This document shows, in pieces, positions 35,993 to 47,678 of a stretch of 64,000 bases of DNA. The notes under the pieces are model-generated. The model had not been told where the DNA came from. It ran no database searches and worked only from the letters and a program-made list of their open reading frames with translations. Where the stretch lies: positions 126,044 to 190,043 of the forward strand of contig MU619244.1 in assembly GCA_025201805.1 (NCBI GenBank), in the 5' to 3' direction. How positions within the stretch are numbered: the first letter of the stretch is position 1; every line of letters begins with the position of its first letter. This DNA comes from Parasitella parasitica NRRL 2501. Lineage: Eukaryota > Fungi > Mucoromycota. Position numbers and translations under genes: made by a program.

Positions 35993-37637
35993 TTATTGTT
36001 TCATTGCAAGTAAATAATCAAGGATTGCTCCAGCAGTTGGCCGTGAGTAAGGATTATTGGACAATCCTAATTTTAAAAGCGTAAAAAAGACCTCAAAGGT
36101 GGGATCGATTAAATTGGTAGAAATTGAAACCTCTCCTGTGGAACTGTCTCTTTGAAGGATGCGAGTTTGAAAATCGGCATCGCTTATGTCTGCTGTCATG
36201 AGCTCTGCTATAATCAAAGTAGCCATAAAGACGTCGGATGCTTTTGAAAATGTATGTTTTTTAAACATTTCAGGTGGTGCAACATGGTCTGTCCAGGCTA
36301 CGTCTTCTTCATCAAGATTTACCGTCTCTACACCTTGAGTAAACTCAATACATGACCCAAAGTCAGTCAACCATCCTGCTCCTGATGAATCTATCTACAA
36401 GAGTACGGTTCGGTGTGTTTGTGTTAGACACTATGTGGTAGCAATAAGCAAGTTGTTTTACCAAGAAATTCTCCAATTTTAAATCCACGATACCAATGTT
36501 CAACGCATGTGCATCTGTTAAAGCAGCAAACAAGCAAATTGATGCTTGTAGCACTTCCAGTGGTTTGAATGAACTCGCTAAAAGAAAATAGCGTTGAATA
36601 TACAAATAGTCGTCTATTTTATCATTCAAAAAGTACCTCGTTTTTCCAAGTATCCCCTAGCATCCCCATTTGGCACATAGCGTTGCACGATATACAGGAA
36701 TTGTTTGTCTTTTCCATAGTCATAGGGCTTTTTTCCCTCTACGTGGTGGCGATGACAAGAGACCCATCCAATGTATCGATTAATATAACGGCATGCCGAG
36801 AGTTTGGCTGCAAACATCATTTCTCGCTTGGCTTGATTAGAAAAAAGATAACTACGGGTATACTGTCGCTTGGATTTACAGGCAACAGGAAGCCCTTTAT
36901 AACAGCCTAATCTTACAACGCCTAATTGGCCTTCACCCAGCACCGTTTCTGATATATGTAGATCATTCGGATCGATTTCCCCACGTTGAATATTTCTTTT
37001 CTCGGTTGGTTGGCTGGACGGGTCGAGAAACGATGCAAGACATACCATAGGCGGGTCGTTGGCGTCGATGGTACGTATTCTGGATGCAGTGCTTGATGCA
37101 GATCGTCTATGCTTTATACGTTCACTGATTGTTAATGAGTCCACGTCTGTTGTGGCGCTATTCAGTGGATCTAAGTTATCTGATAAAATTTTGGCAGCTG
37201 GGTTAGCGAAATCTTGAGATTAATAAAAGAGATCACTAGCTACCTGCGTCTCTAGGAGTTGAGGGGCTCGAAGTAGGTGGTATATTTTTTGGGCTTCGTG
37301 ATCGAAAATTGTAGGGTATACTGCTGTTTATAGGTTCTTTGAGCTCTTGTGATCGCTCTGACATTTCGACATCGTCTGTCTCTTGAAAAGCTGGATCAAA
37401 TTGAGCTACTAGAGTGTGTCCCTTTTCTAACTCTGTCCTTTTTTTTTTGCTCCATTCACCGAATCTCTCATCGCGTTCACGTTTCGATTTCGAGTTTGGT
37501 TTCTTGGGAGCAGCTGATGTCAAGTTCTTTACTGAAGGTACAACCTCAATTGGTGGTAGTGTATGTGTTGTAAGCTGGTGCTTTTGGGAAGAATTTTTAC
37601 CCTTCTTTCGTGTAGATATGTTACTTGAAGAAGTCAT
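35993..37637 (-). CDS. Protein kinase (TKL-like fold, non-canonical catalytic loop)
   Basis: LGEGQLGVV, VACK, IVQRYVPNGD, HALNIGIVDLKLENFL, WLTDFGS, APPE, KASDVF, RPTA; basic low-complexity N-terminal exon. Confidence 0.8.
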
Positions 37638-37653
37638 TGATTGTTCAAATTTG

Positions 37654-37693
<40 letters not shown>

Positions 37694-38080
37694 CCGGGCA
37701 AGAGCAATTAAAAACGAATTCCACCTTTTAAGCGGACACCTAAAGTGCTTTGACGATGGTGCAACATATGGGTGTAGCTGTCATCATGGCAAATCAATCG
37801 TGCAAGACTTGAGACCTCAAGGTAGAGGATGTAACAGCCTTAAGAAAACTGCTTTGAAAAGCTAGTAAAATCGGCTTATATCATAGGCGTACAAGTTCGC
37901 TATATACAATGCTTCCTTATTTTGAGTCTCATATGAAATGAAATGCAGTTAGATCCCTTGGGCGACTTCAGATTTAGAAGATACCAATTCACAAGCAATT
38001 AATTTATCAAGAAAAATCATCTCTATACTTTTATCAATAGTTGCTTTGAAGAAAGAAAGAAAAAGTAAGGGCTGTATACG

Positions 38081-39361
38081 TTATCTAAAACCCTTCAACG
38101 CGTTCTTGGACCTTGATCAAGTCAGAAAAGATACCGTAGGCGGTAGGAGGTCCACCAGCACCAGCACCCTTACGAATGTGTTAGCCTCGATCACTTTATT
38201 TTTGAAATTTAAAACAAAACTTACTTGAACGATAACACCATTAGGAAAGTATTTGGTGGTAAACTTGATGATATTGTCACTACCTTGAAGGCCAGCAAAA
38301 GGATGGCTGGCAGGATATCTGAGCAAGATAATTTTAGTGAACACCAGAAAACATCAATGTTGCATGCCCTCTATCAAAACTTACTTCATCAGCTTGACAC
38401 CACTATTGCCTTTTGGATCAACAACACCAACGTAACGGAGAACTTTTCCTTCAGCCTTGGCTTCGTCGTTTAGTTTGGCGAAATGGCCGTCGAAATCGGG
38501 TAACTTGGACATGAATTCATCAGCAGTAGCAACGTTTCTAAGAGTCTCTGGGACAATGTTCTCGACATTCAACGTGCTCAAGTCAAGATTCAAACCAGCT
38601 AAACGGCCGCAAATAGTAACCTACGCAATTCCAAACCCAACATAAGCAAAACTCTCCAAGTAAACTCAACCCGCACTTACCTTACGAGCAACATCCATGC
38701 CATTCAAATCATCTCTTGGGTCTGGTTCAGTGTAACCTAGGTCTTTGGCTACCTTGACAATTTCAGAGAATGAGCCTTTGGAAAGGCCACTGGCAGCAGT
38801 AGAGTAGTTGTTGAAGAGATAAGAAAGAGTACCAGAAAAGATACCTTCGATAGTTATAATCTCATCGCCAGTCTTGACGAAATCAAGCAGAGTGGACAAG
38901 ACAGGAAGGCCAGCACCGACAGTGGACTCATGATAGGTTAACGGTGTGCGACCATTACCGCTATAATTAGCAGACAATAAATGAATTTCCTTGAACAGAG
39001 AAAGGGGGCCGGAGAATGCTTTCTTATTGGGAGTGACAACAGAGAGATTCCTTTTGAGCCACGAAGGGTACATGTTGGCAACAGCCTCAGAAGCAGTACA
39101 GTCAACGATGACAGCATGTTCGGGAGAAGCAGCCATGTACTCGATAAATTGGTTTAAGTTTGGCTCGACGCCCGATTCTGTAAGATCGGTTTTCCAGTTG
39201 GTCAAGTGAAGAGGTGTGTATTCCTTGTCTGAAAGATTCATGGCGCCGATGCTGGCAATGGCAACAACTTTCAAGCGTTTAGCACTTGAACGAGTAGCAT
39301 GAAGCTGAGCGATCAATTCAGATCCAACAAATCCGCAACCAATAATACCAATGTTGACCAT
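38081..39361 (-). CDS. HOM6: Homoserine dehydrogenase
   Basis: IGIIGCGFVG, VVTPNKK, ESTVGAGLP, EGIFSGTLSY, LGYTEPDPRDDLNGMDVARK, GKVLRYVG, GAGAG..TAYGIFSDL; 3 introns. Confidence 0.95.
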
Positions 39362-39516
39362 TTTAGGATTGATGATTTAGACTCTTTTGTATCGAGAAAA
39401 AAAGCAGAGGAGAGCCATCAAACACGTTGGTTCTCTTTGGCATTTTTATCATATGGAGAAATAAATAAATCGTCACTTGGTCTTTTTGTTTCACATTCTT
39501 CCATGATTCATTTTCA

Positions 39517-40500
39517 TCATACAGTGCGGCTGGTAAATATTGGCCGCCTTAATAAGACCGTGCAGAGGGGGGCAATGGTGCTGCAAGAAGACACCAAGGC
39601 TTTCGCCTTTTTATCTCTATACACGAAGACAAAAATGGTACGACCAAACTCATCTATCTTCGACACAGAAACAGAGCTTCCACGCTCAGGCTGGAGACAT
39701 TGAATTATGTCAGTGGTTGCCTGGACAATATAATACAATCTTTGATCTAGCAATCTACTTGTCATCATAGGGGAACCAAACCAAGAAACAGCGATAGCTA
39801 TTCTTCCACCAAAGAACCAAGGTTTGCATAAACGCTTGACAGCTGCAATAAGATTTCTGTCTACATCATCAAACTCTTTCTGTACCTTATCACTGACGGT
39901 GCCAAGTTGCAAAATACAGTAAGTATGCTTATCGGCAAGAGTTTTGAACTCCTGACCGATGGGATGAAGCTTTCTAGGTACCTTCTTAATATTAGGCATA
40001 CCACTGCCGAGACACTGGTTCATACTGTCATTTACACAGAGGTATTTTCCGGGCTGAAGAGCCTTTGATAAGGTTTCATTGAATGCAGCAAAGAAATCAC
40101 GAAACTGGTACTAGGGATCAGCGTTTTTTCTATCAACAGTAAACAATTAGAACACATGGTATTGAAGAATCGAAAGGAATTTTTTATATTCCAAATAATC
40201 TGAAAAGTCGATATTGGGAAAGAAGACGCTTGATCCGGTATGCCAGTAGACCTTCTTATCAGCATAAACTATTACGGTCATAATCATAAGAAGAGCCATC
40301 CATGTCATGTACTCTAAAAGCGTCAATGGTGACAGTTCCAATTTCTAATCATTGCTGACGGCAGAGGTTGCAGTATCAACAACCTCTTCTTTTTCGCTGC
40401 TGCTGTCACTGCTGCTGTCGGATTCTTCGTGCACTAGCTGCTGTAACAGGTGTCTGTCTTGTGGGATTTTTTGGGCCTCCATACCTAATCGTAGTTCCTG
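39517..40500 (-). mobile_element. Degenerate piggyBac-type (PGBD, DDE_Tnp_1_7) transposase relic
   Basis: SMNQCLG.GMPNIKKVPRKLHPIGQEFKTLAD..YCIL, RLCKPWFFGGRIAIAVSWFGS, LTLLEYMTWMALL; frameshifted. Confidence 0.75.
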
Positions 40501-41214
40501 AAAAAGTAAAACTAAGATCAGGAAGGTCGTCAAATCTAATCTGCCACATAGAGATGCGTGCATCAATGGGGAGCTTAGAATTAGTTTATAGCATTTTAAT
40601 TTTAATGATGTCTTCAAATGAAATATGATTGATCAGATTAGCGAAATTAGATTCTGTTGTTAAACGAATTTGAAAGCTTCTATTTTATTATTTACATTTA
40701 TTTCATTGTTTAAAGTCCAATAACTGTACGCTGCGCAAAGTGAGAGATCAGACAGTCTAAGGTACGGGTACGATGAGGGACTCGAAGTCTTGGTATTCCA
40801 TAAAGGAGGTTCACGCTGACAGTGTGGCACCCTCCACACCTGAGGTATATCACAAAGGCCTATGGATTGACAAGGCCAATTTACACCGCGGCACCAAAAA
40901 CAGAGATGCTATAAGATCCATACCAGATACGCACACAACAAAATCAAACTATAGATTTCAGATGAGAAGGAACAAGGTTGGTTGGAATGCGTCTTTTATA
41001 AGAACTGATTTAGGAGAGTCTGGGACCATCTCTACGAGTGACGAAGTCGGCTTGAAAAAATCAAATCACCATCATACCAACACAAGTGAGGAGAAATGGG
41101 AGCAGAGGTGTACTCCTTTAATATAGAAAGAAAGTTTTTGTATATAGAGCATCTTAACTATTAGGGTTTAATGTAATAGATTAAAATGCATTACACTAGG
41201 GTTATGTCTCACTT

Positions 41215-42090
41215 CTAATGATATAATCGATTGTTCGAAAAAAACTGTTTGGTATCATTCATTATGGTTTGCTGAATCCACACGACATATTTTTGCCATA
41301 AGACAGATGACAGTTCTTGATTTACCGAGTGTAAAAAACCGCGACCACCAGGAGCAACACCACTATGACCTTGTTGACCAGTACCCTTACCGACTATACG
41401 AGGAAAATAAATATTAATTTCAACGTACACATTTCTATCTGCAGAAATCAAATATAGTTTCACCTTTGCCAACAACCTTGGACTTGAATAAGAAACGTTC
41501 AGTGGGTAAGAGTTTATCTGTGCCAATGTACACCTTATCAACGGCCACGGAAGACTTTGCACTCATTCCTTCTTGCATCTTGACTGTGAAATAGACTTTC
41601 AATGAGGCTAGGATGTGCTCGAATCGGCCCATTGGGCTGGTTCGAAAAGTACATGTTAATAAAAGCGTTAAGAATAACAAAAAAAAAGATACTTATCTTT
41701 AGCCAGTGCCCAGTTCTCAATCTTAGAGTTCAAGAGAAGACACTCCACAGTTATACGGCGAAGGTTTATGTACACAAAGGAACATAGCTCCCCGTAAGGA
41801 GTATTCGTCACTCGGTGGCAAAAATATGCATGGCGTGTGATTTAGTAGAGCTTTAGGTACACCTTTTAACCATCTGTGTTGAAAGATGATGAAGTATGAG
41901 GCCGTTGTCTTCTCAACTTTAAAGCACTCCACAGTTATACGGCGAAGGTTTATGTACACAAAGGAACATAGCTCCCCGTAAGGAGTATTCGTCACTCGGT
42001 GGCAAAAATATGCATGGCGTGTGATTTAGTAGAGCTTTAGGTACACCTTTTAACCATCTGTGTTGAAAGACGATGAAGTATGAGGCCTAT
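41215..42090 (-). pseudogene. Decayed spliced gene of unknown family, divergent from the Crypton
   Basis: Exons PMGRFEHILASLKVYF..KVVGK and VGKGTGQQGHSGVAPGGRGFLHSV.. are joined in frame by a GT-AG intron (~41463-41395). The upstream donor reads ataagt and the upstream part is duplicated. Confidence 0.45.
41741..42087 (+). repeat. Near-perfect 163-bp tandem duplication (41741-41903 and 41925-42087)
   Basis: Two copies with one visible mismatch (gatgat/gacgat) and a 21-bp spacer. Confidence 0.93.
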
Positions 42091-42394
42091 GCTTTAAAGC
42101 TGAACTCTTTATGAGAACATGGGTCATAAGAGTCATGAATGTATAGTTATAAAAGAAAAAAGAAGTTTATGCTATTTGCACTCTAGTTCATATACACCCT
42201 ATCAATGTTTAAACTTGTTTTGTGACGTAATCAACTGGAAAAAACCTGATTTTCCATTCAAAAAGACTTTTCCGAGACACTGTGAAAGTTTAGTGTAATG
42301 TATGAAATAGGATAATTATAGAATAAAGAATATCGTTTTATTTAAGAGTATTTATACTAGTTTGGCCTAACTACGAAGTATCTGATTACTAAGT

Positions 42395-42472
42395 ATCAAG
42401 TACCAATTGATATCAATATGATTATGCTAGAAGTATTCATATTGATATCTTCTATAGGATTGGGTACTTGAT
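42395..42472. repeat. Imperfect inverted repeat with a perfect 13-bp core upstream of the Crypton ORF
   Basis: gatatcaatatga (42409-42421) and tcatattgatatc (42437-42449); outer arms atcaagtaccaat and attgggtacttgat. Confidence 0.8.
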
Positions 42473-42764
42473 CTTATCTAAGCTTTCTACAAGCTTCCAG
42501 CATCCTCCGTAGTTATCGACCTATTCAAGCTCCGGCTATGGTTGATCCCACTACAAAAATGTGATCATTATTATGCAAACATGAAATTAGAGCCCAAGCA
42601 AGTCCATAAAAAGCCTTAAAACATACAGGAGTTACGGTATCTTCACCTGCCCAGATAGAGGTCCCAGACTTGAGTCACCAGCTTAAATAGGACTTCAAAC
42701 AAATAAGCGTCATCTGCATTGATATTCTCACGAATGTCAACTTTAAATTAACCAATTTAATCAA

Positions 42765-45049
42765 ATGAACAGAAATAAAACTATTAAAAACTCTGAATTG
42801 AGTGCAGTTGAAGCATGTGAAGCATCATCATCTGCATCCGTCCCTGAAGATAATCATACAGAGATGGCAGATGCTGCAGCAGGAGTTTTCGTTCAATATG
42901 ACATGGTAAAAGCTGTTGAGGACACTACAAGAGCAGCAGAAGAGATCCGTCCTCTAGCTACAAAAAAGGCCTATCGAGCAAAGTCGAAAGAGTTTGAAGA
43001 ATGGGCGAAAAAAACATTCTTAAACGAACCATTCGAACAACGAAGCATCGTTTCTGGTGAAAAACTCAACTACTTCTTGCATAAAGTGGTAAAGCGTTAT
43101 AGAGAAACTTACTTTCTTGTCCATCCACTGCAGAATAGCTTGATAATAATCCATCGTCTATCTTAGGTTATAGGTCGTTTATCTCGTAAGGGCAAAGCCC
43201 CCCAAAAAATAACATCGTCGAGCATCAGTCAGTATGTTGCAGCTATCACAGATCTCTATAGAACCCAAGTAGGAAGGAAGACAAATGGAAACGAGCATCC
43301 AAGAGCAATTGTCAAGGATCTCTTAAAAGTGCAAAAGGATCGAGACTTCCAGTCAAAACGAGAAAACTATGAAGACCGAGGCGAAGGAACACTTGCCGAT
43401 GGGTACACAACCATCAATCAAGTTGAAAACGTTGTCAAATTCTATATGGATCAAAACCGTGATCATGGTTCAAATCTGAAAGCCTCTGCTGCTTTTCTTT
43501 TTTCCCATTACTTTTTGTTGAGAACTCAGTCGATCATCATGGCAGAATTAACGGATTTTCAAACAGTCAATCTTGAAAATGAAAGCATGAGACCAGATGT
43601 TGAATGTCCAGCTTTAGTAATGATTTTAAGACGAGGAAAAACAAACAAAAACAATCGTCTTGAACTCGGTGGATGTATAAGAAGTAATAGAGTAGAAGTC
43701 TGTCCAATAATGGCCCTTGGATTATACATGTTTTGGCGTTTTCATATGGAAAATGAGCCGTTTCCTAACTTTACAACCTCACCCGACTGGTACTTTACCA
43801 AGATCTTCAAGTCAGACGAGCGCCAACCCACTGTTGTCTGGAAGTATTCCAGCCATAAGGATGTGATTTCAAGAGGGCTCAATGGCGCCAATATTTTTTC
43901 AAAAAGCAAGACGCATGCCGGTCATAGTAGCTCTGCCAGAATGGCAGATCTTGCTGGTGTCCATGAAGATCAAATACGTCGTCTGGGACAATGGAACAAT
44001 ACCACAATGAATGGTGCGTATCTTACGGGATTGCCCAGGGAGGCCATGCGTGTCATGGCTGGATTTACCATCCACCAGGGACAATTTTTCATCCCAAGGG
44101 CATCCTTGGATCCACCTGAAGAGCTGGCGCAGTTTATATTCCCTGAACTTGATGCATGGAACGCAAGAATGATCGAAAAAAAACACAATCCGAACAATGG
44201 AGATCCCATGCAGATCACAGTGGCAGCAAAAGCTTGCTTTGAGCTATTTTACATGTTGAGGAAGACCATCATACAAGACTCTGTAGTAATGATGGAAAAG
44301 TTTCTAAATCATCCTTTGTGGACGAACGAGATCTTTACAAATCAAATGTTTCTAGATTACAAGGAGTAAGTGCTTTTATTCCAATGTCTATTGTCCTTTT
44401 ATTTTGATACCTAATCCAAATATTATTAATTAGACGCATGAAAGCCATCATCAATCAAAACAACGATCCTGCTCATACGCTATTACAACGATCCATTCCT
44501 ATAGTGGAAGAACGCTTAAGGATATTACATAGCGACCTCTCTATTCGACTAAACGAGCAAGCAAGAAAGCAAGATGTCTTGAATGACTACATCACTCGTT
44601 TAGTCACTGGTCAAGCTAGTGTCAATCTAACAGTGAATATTCCCACTCTCAACCAAACAATTCGTGCTAACAACACCATTCCATCCACAGCAACAGCAAC
44701 ACCAGAAGCAGCAACAACAACAGCAACAACAAGAATTCCAACATATCATATGAGTCGTGGGATTGTTTCACTCACTGATCTTTGGAGGGTGTGGTCGGAA
44801 GGTTTCTGTGGTGGCCCTGCTGTATTGGATTTGGAGCGCCAATATGGTACAAGATGGAGAGAAGACGAGGGTGTGAAGAAGTTTTTCTTGAGAAGAAATG
44901 CCATTATCAAGGTGATTCAACAGTACGCTGAGGAAATGCACATAGACATGAAAACTGCTGTTGGAATTGCCGAGAAAAGAAGGGTACAGAAAGGAAAAAT
45001 AATACACTGGCTATCAATGAACAAATCCGAGATTTTTGGCTCCTCCTAA
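42765..45049 (+). mobile_element. Crypton (CryptonF-type) tyrosine recombinase gene: NDC10_II/YR domain plus C-terminal GCR1_C; 3 exons, ~712 aa
   Basis: Exons 42765-43088, 43167-44365 and 44434-45049 splice in frame. Motifs YEDRGEGTLADGY, HYFLLR, GKTN..RLELGG, VEVCPIMALGLY.FWRF, KTHAG, IRRLGQW, AYLTGLPREAMR.MAGF; GCR1_C YHMSR..LTDLWRVW..G..VLDLERQYGTRWR. Confidence 0.9.
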
Positions 45050-45552
45050 GCAGCTTTATTGTATAAACTATATACATAGTGTATGGCAGCATCACTTATT
45101 ATTATTCTTATTATCATTATCATTATCACTATTCAATATATACAACTGCTGCTTTTTTGAATTGACTTTGTTGATCTAATACGAATCAAAATCTGAGAAA
45201 AGCATAATCTAACGCTTGAAGAAATACAGTGTATCCATAAGCTAAAGCACATGTACGTGTGGCAGTTTGTAGGTAGACTTTATGTAGAGTTTGCGAAAGC
45301 TATGCATATTTAGCAAAACCCATCTTGATTACAGAAATGCATACGTTTATGTCTTTTTGAAATAACTATCTCTGGGGACTTGAACCGTAAATAACTACCG
45401 TTATTACGGTGAATGCCATAATTAACAAGAATTACTACGTCCTGAGTTCCAATGTATGAGGGACTTTTGGGACTTTTGGAGACTCCATACGATAATACGG
45501 TAGTACTGGTACTGTCTCTATTTCCCAATATGGTATCTACCAACAACAAAAC

Positions 45553-46631
45553 ATGCCAGTTACTAGAAAAATCTCTTCTAAAGCTACCAAGAAGACCCGA
45601 ATCCATCTCCAATTCAGAAGCGAAAGAATAGAGTGATTAATAAGCACCTAAAAGAAATCACCATTGATGATGATTAGAGCAAAGCACAAGTAGTAAAATT
45701 GTTCAAGCTTAATTGGAGCACTGTAGATGGCATTATTGAGCATTATGTTGAGCGAGGAACAGTAGAAAATCCGCCGAGAGAAGGAAGAAAGGAAAAGCTT
45801 GTTAAACTTAGGGAAGAGCATTCTGAATTCCTAAATGAGATATTAGACGAAGGCTGTCAATTGACATTAGGAATCATGAAAAACATACTGTTGGAGAGGT
45901 TCCCTGATCATGTTAAAGGAAATTTCTATTCCACAACTCCACCGACATATTCATCGAAACATAGGCTTTACTTTGAAGAGAACAAAACCTGTCAAAGTTC
46001 CCATGAAGTAATCAAAAGCAGATCGTACTTTGTCAGTGAACTTTAAGACCTTGGTATATCCTACAAGACGAATTGCATCTTTGTTGATGAAGCAGGATTC
46101 AACTCTAACTTGATTCGTGGAAAAGGGTATTCAAAGAAAGGAGAAGATGCAATTGTTAAGACGAAAACAAAGAGAGCCCTTAATATAACCATCCTAGCAG
46201 CCATATCGTACCAAGGTGTCGAGGATGTCACAGCAAAAATGGTCAAAGGTGGTACGAATTCAGAGCTCGTTCTCGAATTCATAAAGCAGATCGTTGCAAG
46301 TCTGGATAGAAGTAATGCAGCCCCTCATTACTTTATAATGGAAAATGCTCGCATACACACCGCTGAATTGATCAAAAATTATTTTAGATATGAAACAAGG
46401 CATCATGTTCACTTTTTGCCAGCATACAGTCCTTTTTTAAACCCTATTGAAGAGTGCTTCTCTAAATTGAAAGGCTTGGTCAGAAGAAAACCTGGATTAG
46501 ATACTAAAGAGCTCGTAAATTACATAGGAAAACCCAGTAAACAAATAGTTAGTGATAATTGCCAAGGTTGGGTTGATCATAGCATCACTTTTTTTTAAAA
46601 AAAATGCCTAGATGAAGACATGTTTTTGTAA
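45553..46631 (+). mobile_element. Tc1/mariner-IS630 (DDE_3) transposase, frameshifted
   Basis: HTH-like N-terminus, CIFVDEAGFN, FIMENARIH (D to E), LPAYSPFLNPIEECFSKLK; stops and frameshifts present. Confidence 0.85.
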
Positions 46632-46689
46632 CTTGAACTTTCACAGTTTAAAACAGTGACTTGAATGAAAAATCCGGTACACCAATCAG

Positions 46690-46714
46690 TCCGTTATAAT
46701 GAGTCTCAACTGTA
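46690..46714 (-). repeat. Solo pogo/Tc1-like terminal inverted repeat ending in TA
   Basis: Reverse complement reads TA-CAGTTGAGACTCATTATAACGGA, a typical CAGT-starting terminus; no partner found. Confidence 0.45.
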
Positions 46715-47678
46715 TATTCTTTCTTTGATGTTGGATTGCTGACTTGACTCAGCAGATGTAGCATAAAATGATTATGTAAAGTTATTAAAATATAGATTGT
46801 CATTTGCTTGAATATGCTACGATTTTTTTGAAAAGACATATAATTAAAAGAGAAAACAGAATGAAATGGTTGGTTTAAATTTAGATTTAGGAATAAACTG
46901 CTATTGTGTAAATGCATAATTTGACGGATACGTACAACTTGATGCCTTATTAATATTCGCAGTTCGATACTTTGATACTTTGATATTTTATGGTTTTGTA
47001 ATTTAACTATTTTGTTTTGTTTAAATACCTATGCGGTTCTATAGACTTGTCTAAATGTTTGAGCTTATTCAGATGTCTCATCTCTAACGGATATACCTAT
47101 CTGGAATAATTTATCAATTATGAAATTCAAACAATTTTTATTGTGGCTCGTTGATTGTTCAGTTTCAGGTATCTGAAGTACATGCATGTCGACAGTGTTG
47201 ATAAAGAATTTTTATTGTATTGAAAAATGGAATAATAAAGAACTCAAATAGCAATGGCTGTTTGATCAATAATTAGGGCATGTTCCCTATTCTTGGGCAT
47301 TTTTAATTTAAAATGGAAATCTTTCTTGAAATATTCTTAGAGAGACGTTTCTCTTCTCCCAGAGACTTCCCAAAAAAAAGTTTGTTATCAGAAATCCTAA
47401 TATATATTACCACAATCACCATAACCTTTATCATTCACTTGAACTTTTAAGAAACCATAAAAAGACTGTAGCTCGTATATTGTTAAGAATTACTAAAGTT
47501 GGGGTATATATTGGCAGTTCTAGGAAGCTGACATTAAATAAAGTTTACTGTTAATGTCCAGTGCAACACTGCCACCTTTCCCACTGTTATCGTACCCTTC
47601 TTCCAATTAATATGAATAATAACATTTAAAGTTAGTTAATACTGTACAATTACCTTTAAAAGAGATTCCCAAATTACA

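Noticed and set aside
37654-37692. 39-nt A run upstream of the kinase
   Set aside because: Homopolymers are frequent here, and no splice signals bracket it convincingly
37940-37972. tRNA T-arm-like string gttagatcccttggg
   Set aside because: No cloverleaf, A box or acceptor stem can be built
40773-41126. 117-aa ORF between the piggyBac relic and the divergent gene
   Set aside because: No recognisable motif; cannot be supported as a gene
41160-41205. TTAGGG-like words
   Set aside because: Isolated, not a tandem telomeric array
41741-42087. Repeat considered as a CRISPR array or LTR pair
   Set aside because: Only two long copies, no TG..CA ends, no internal region, eukaryotic context
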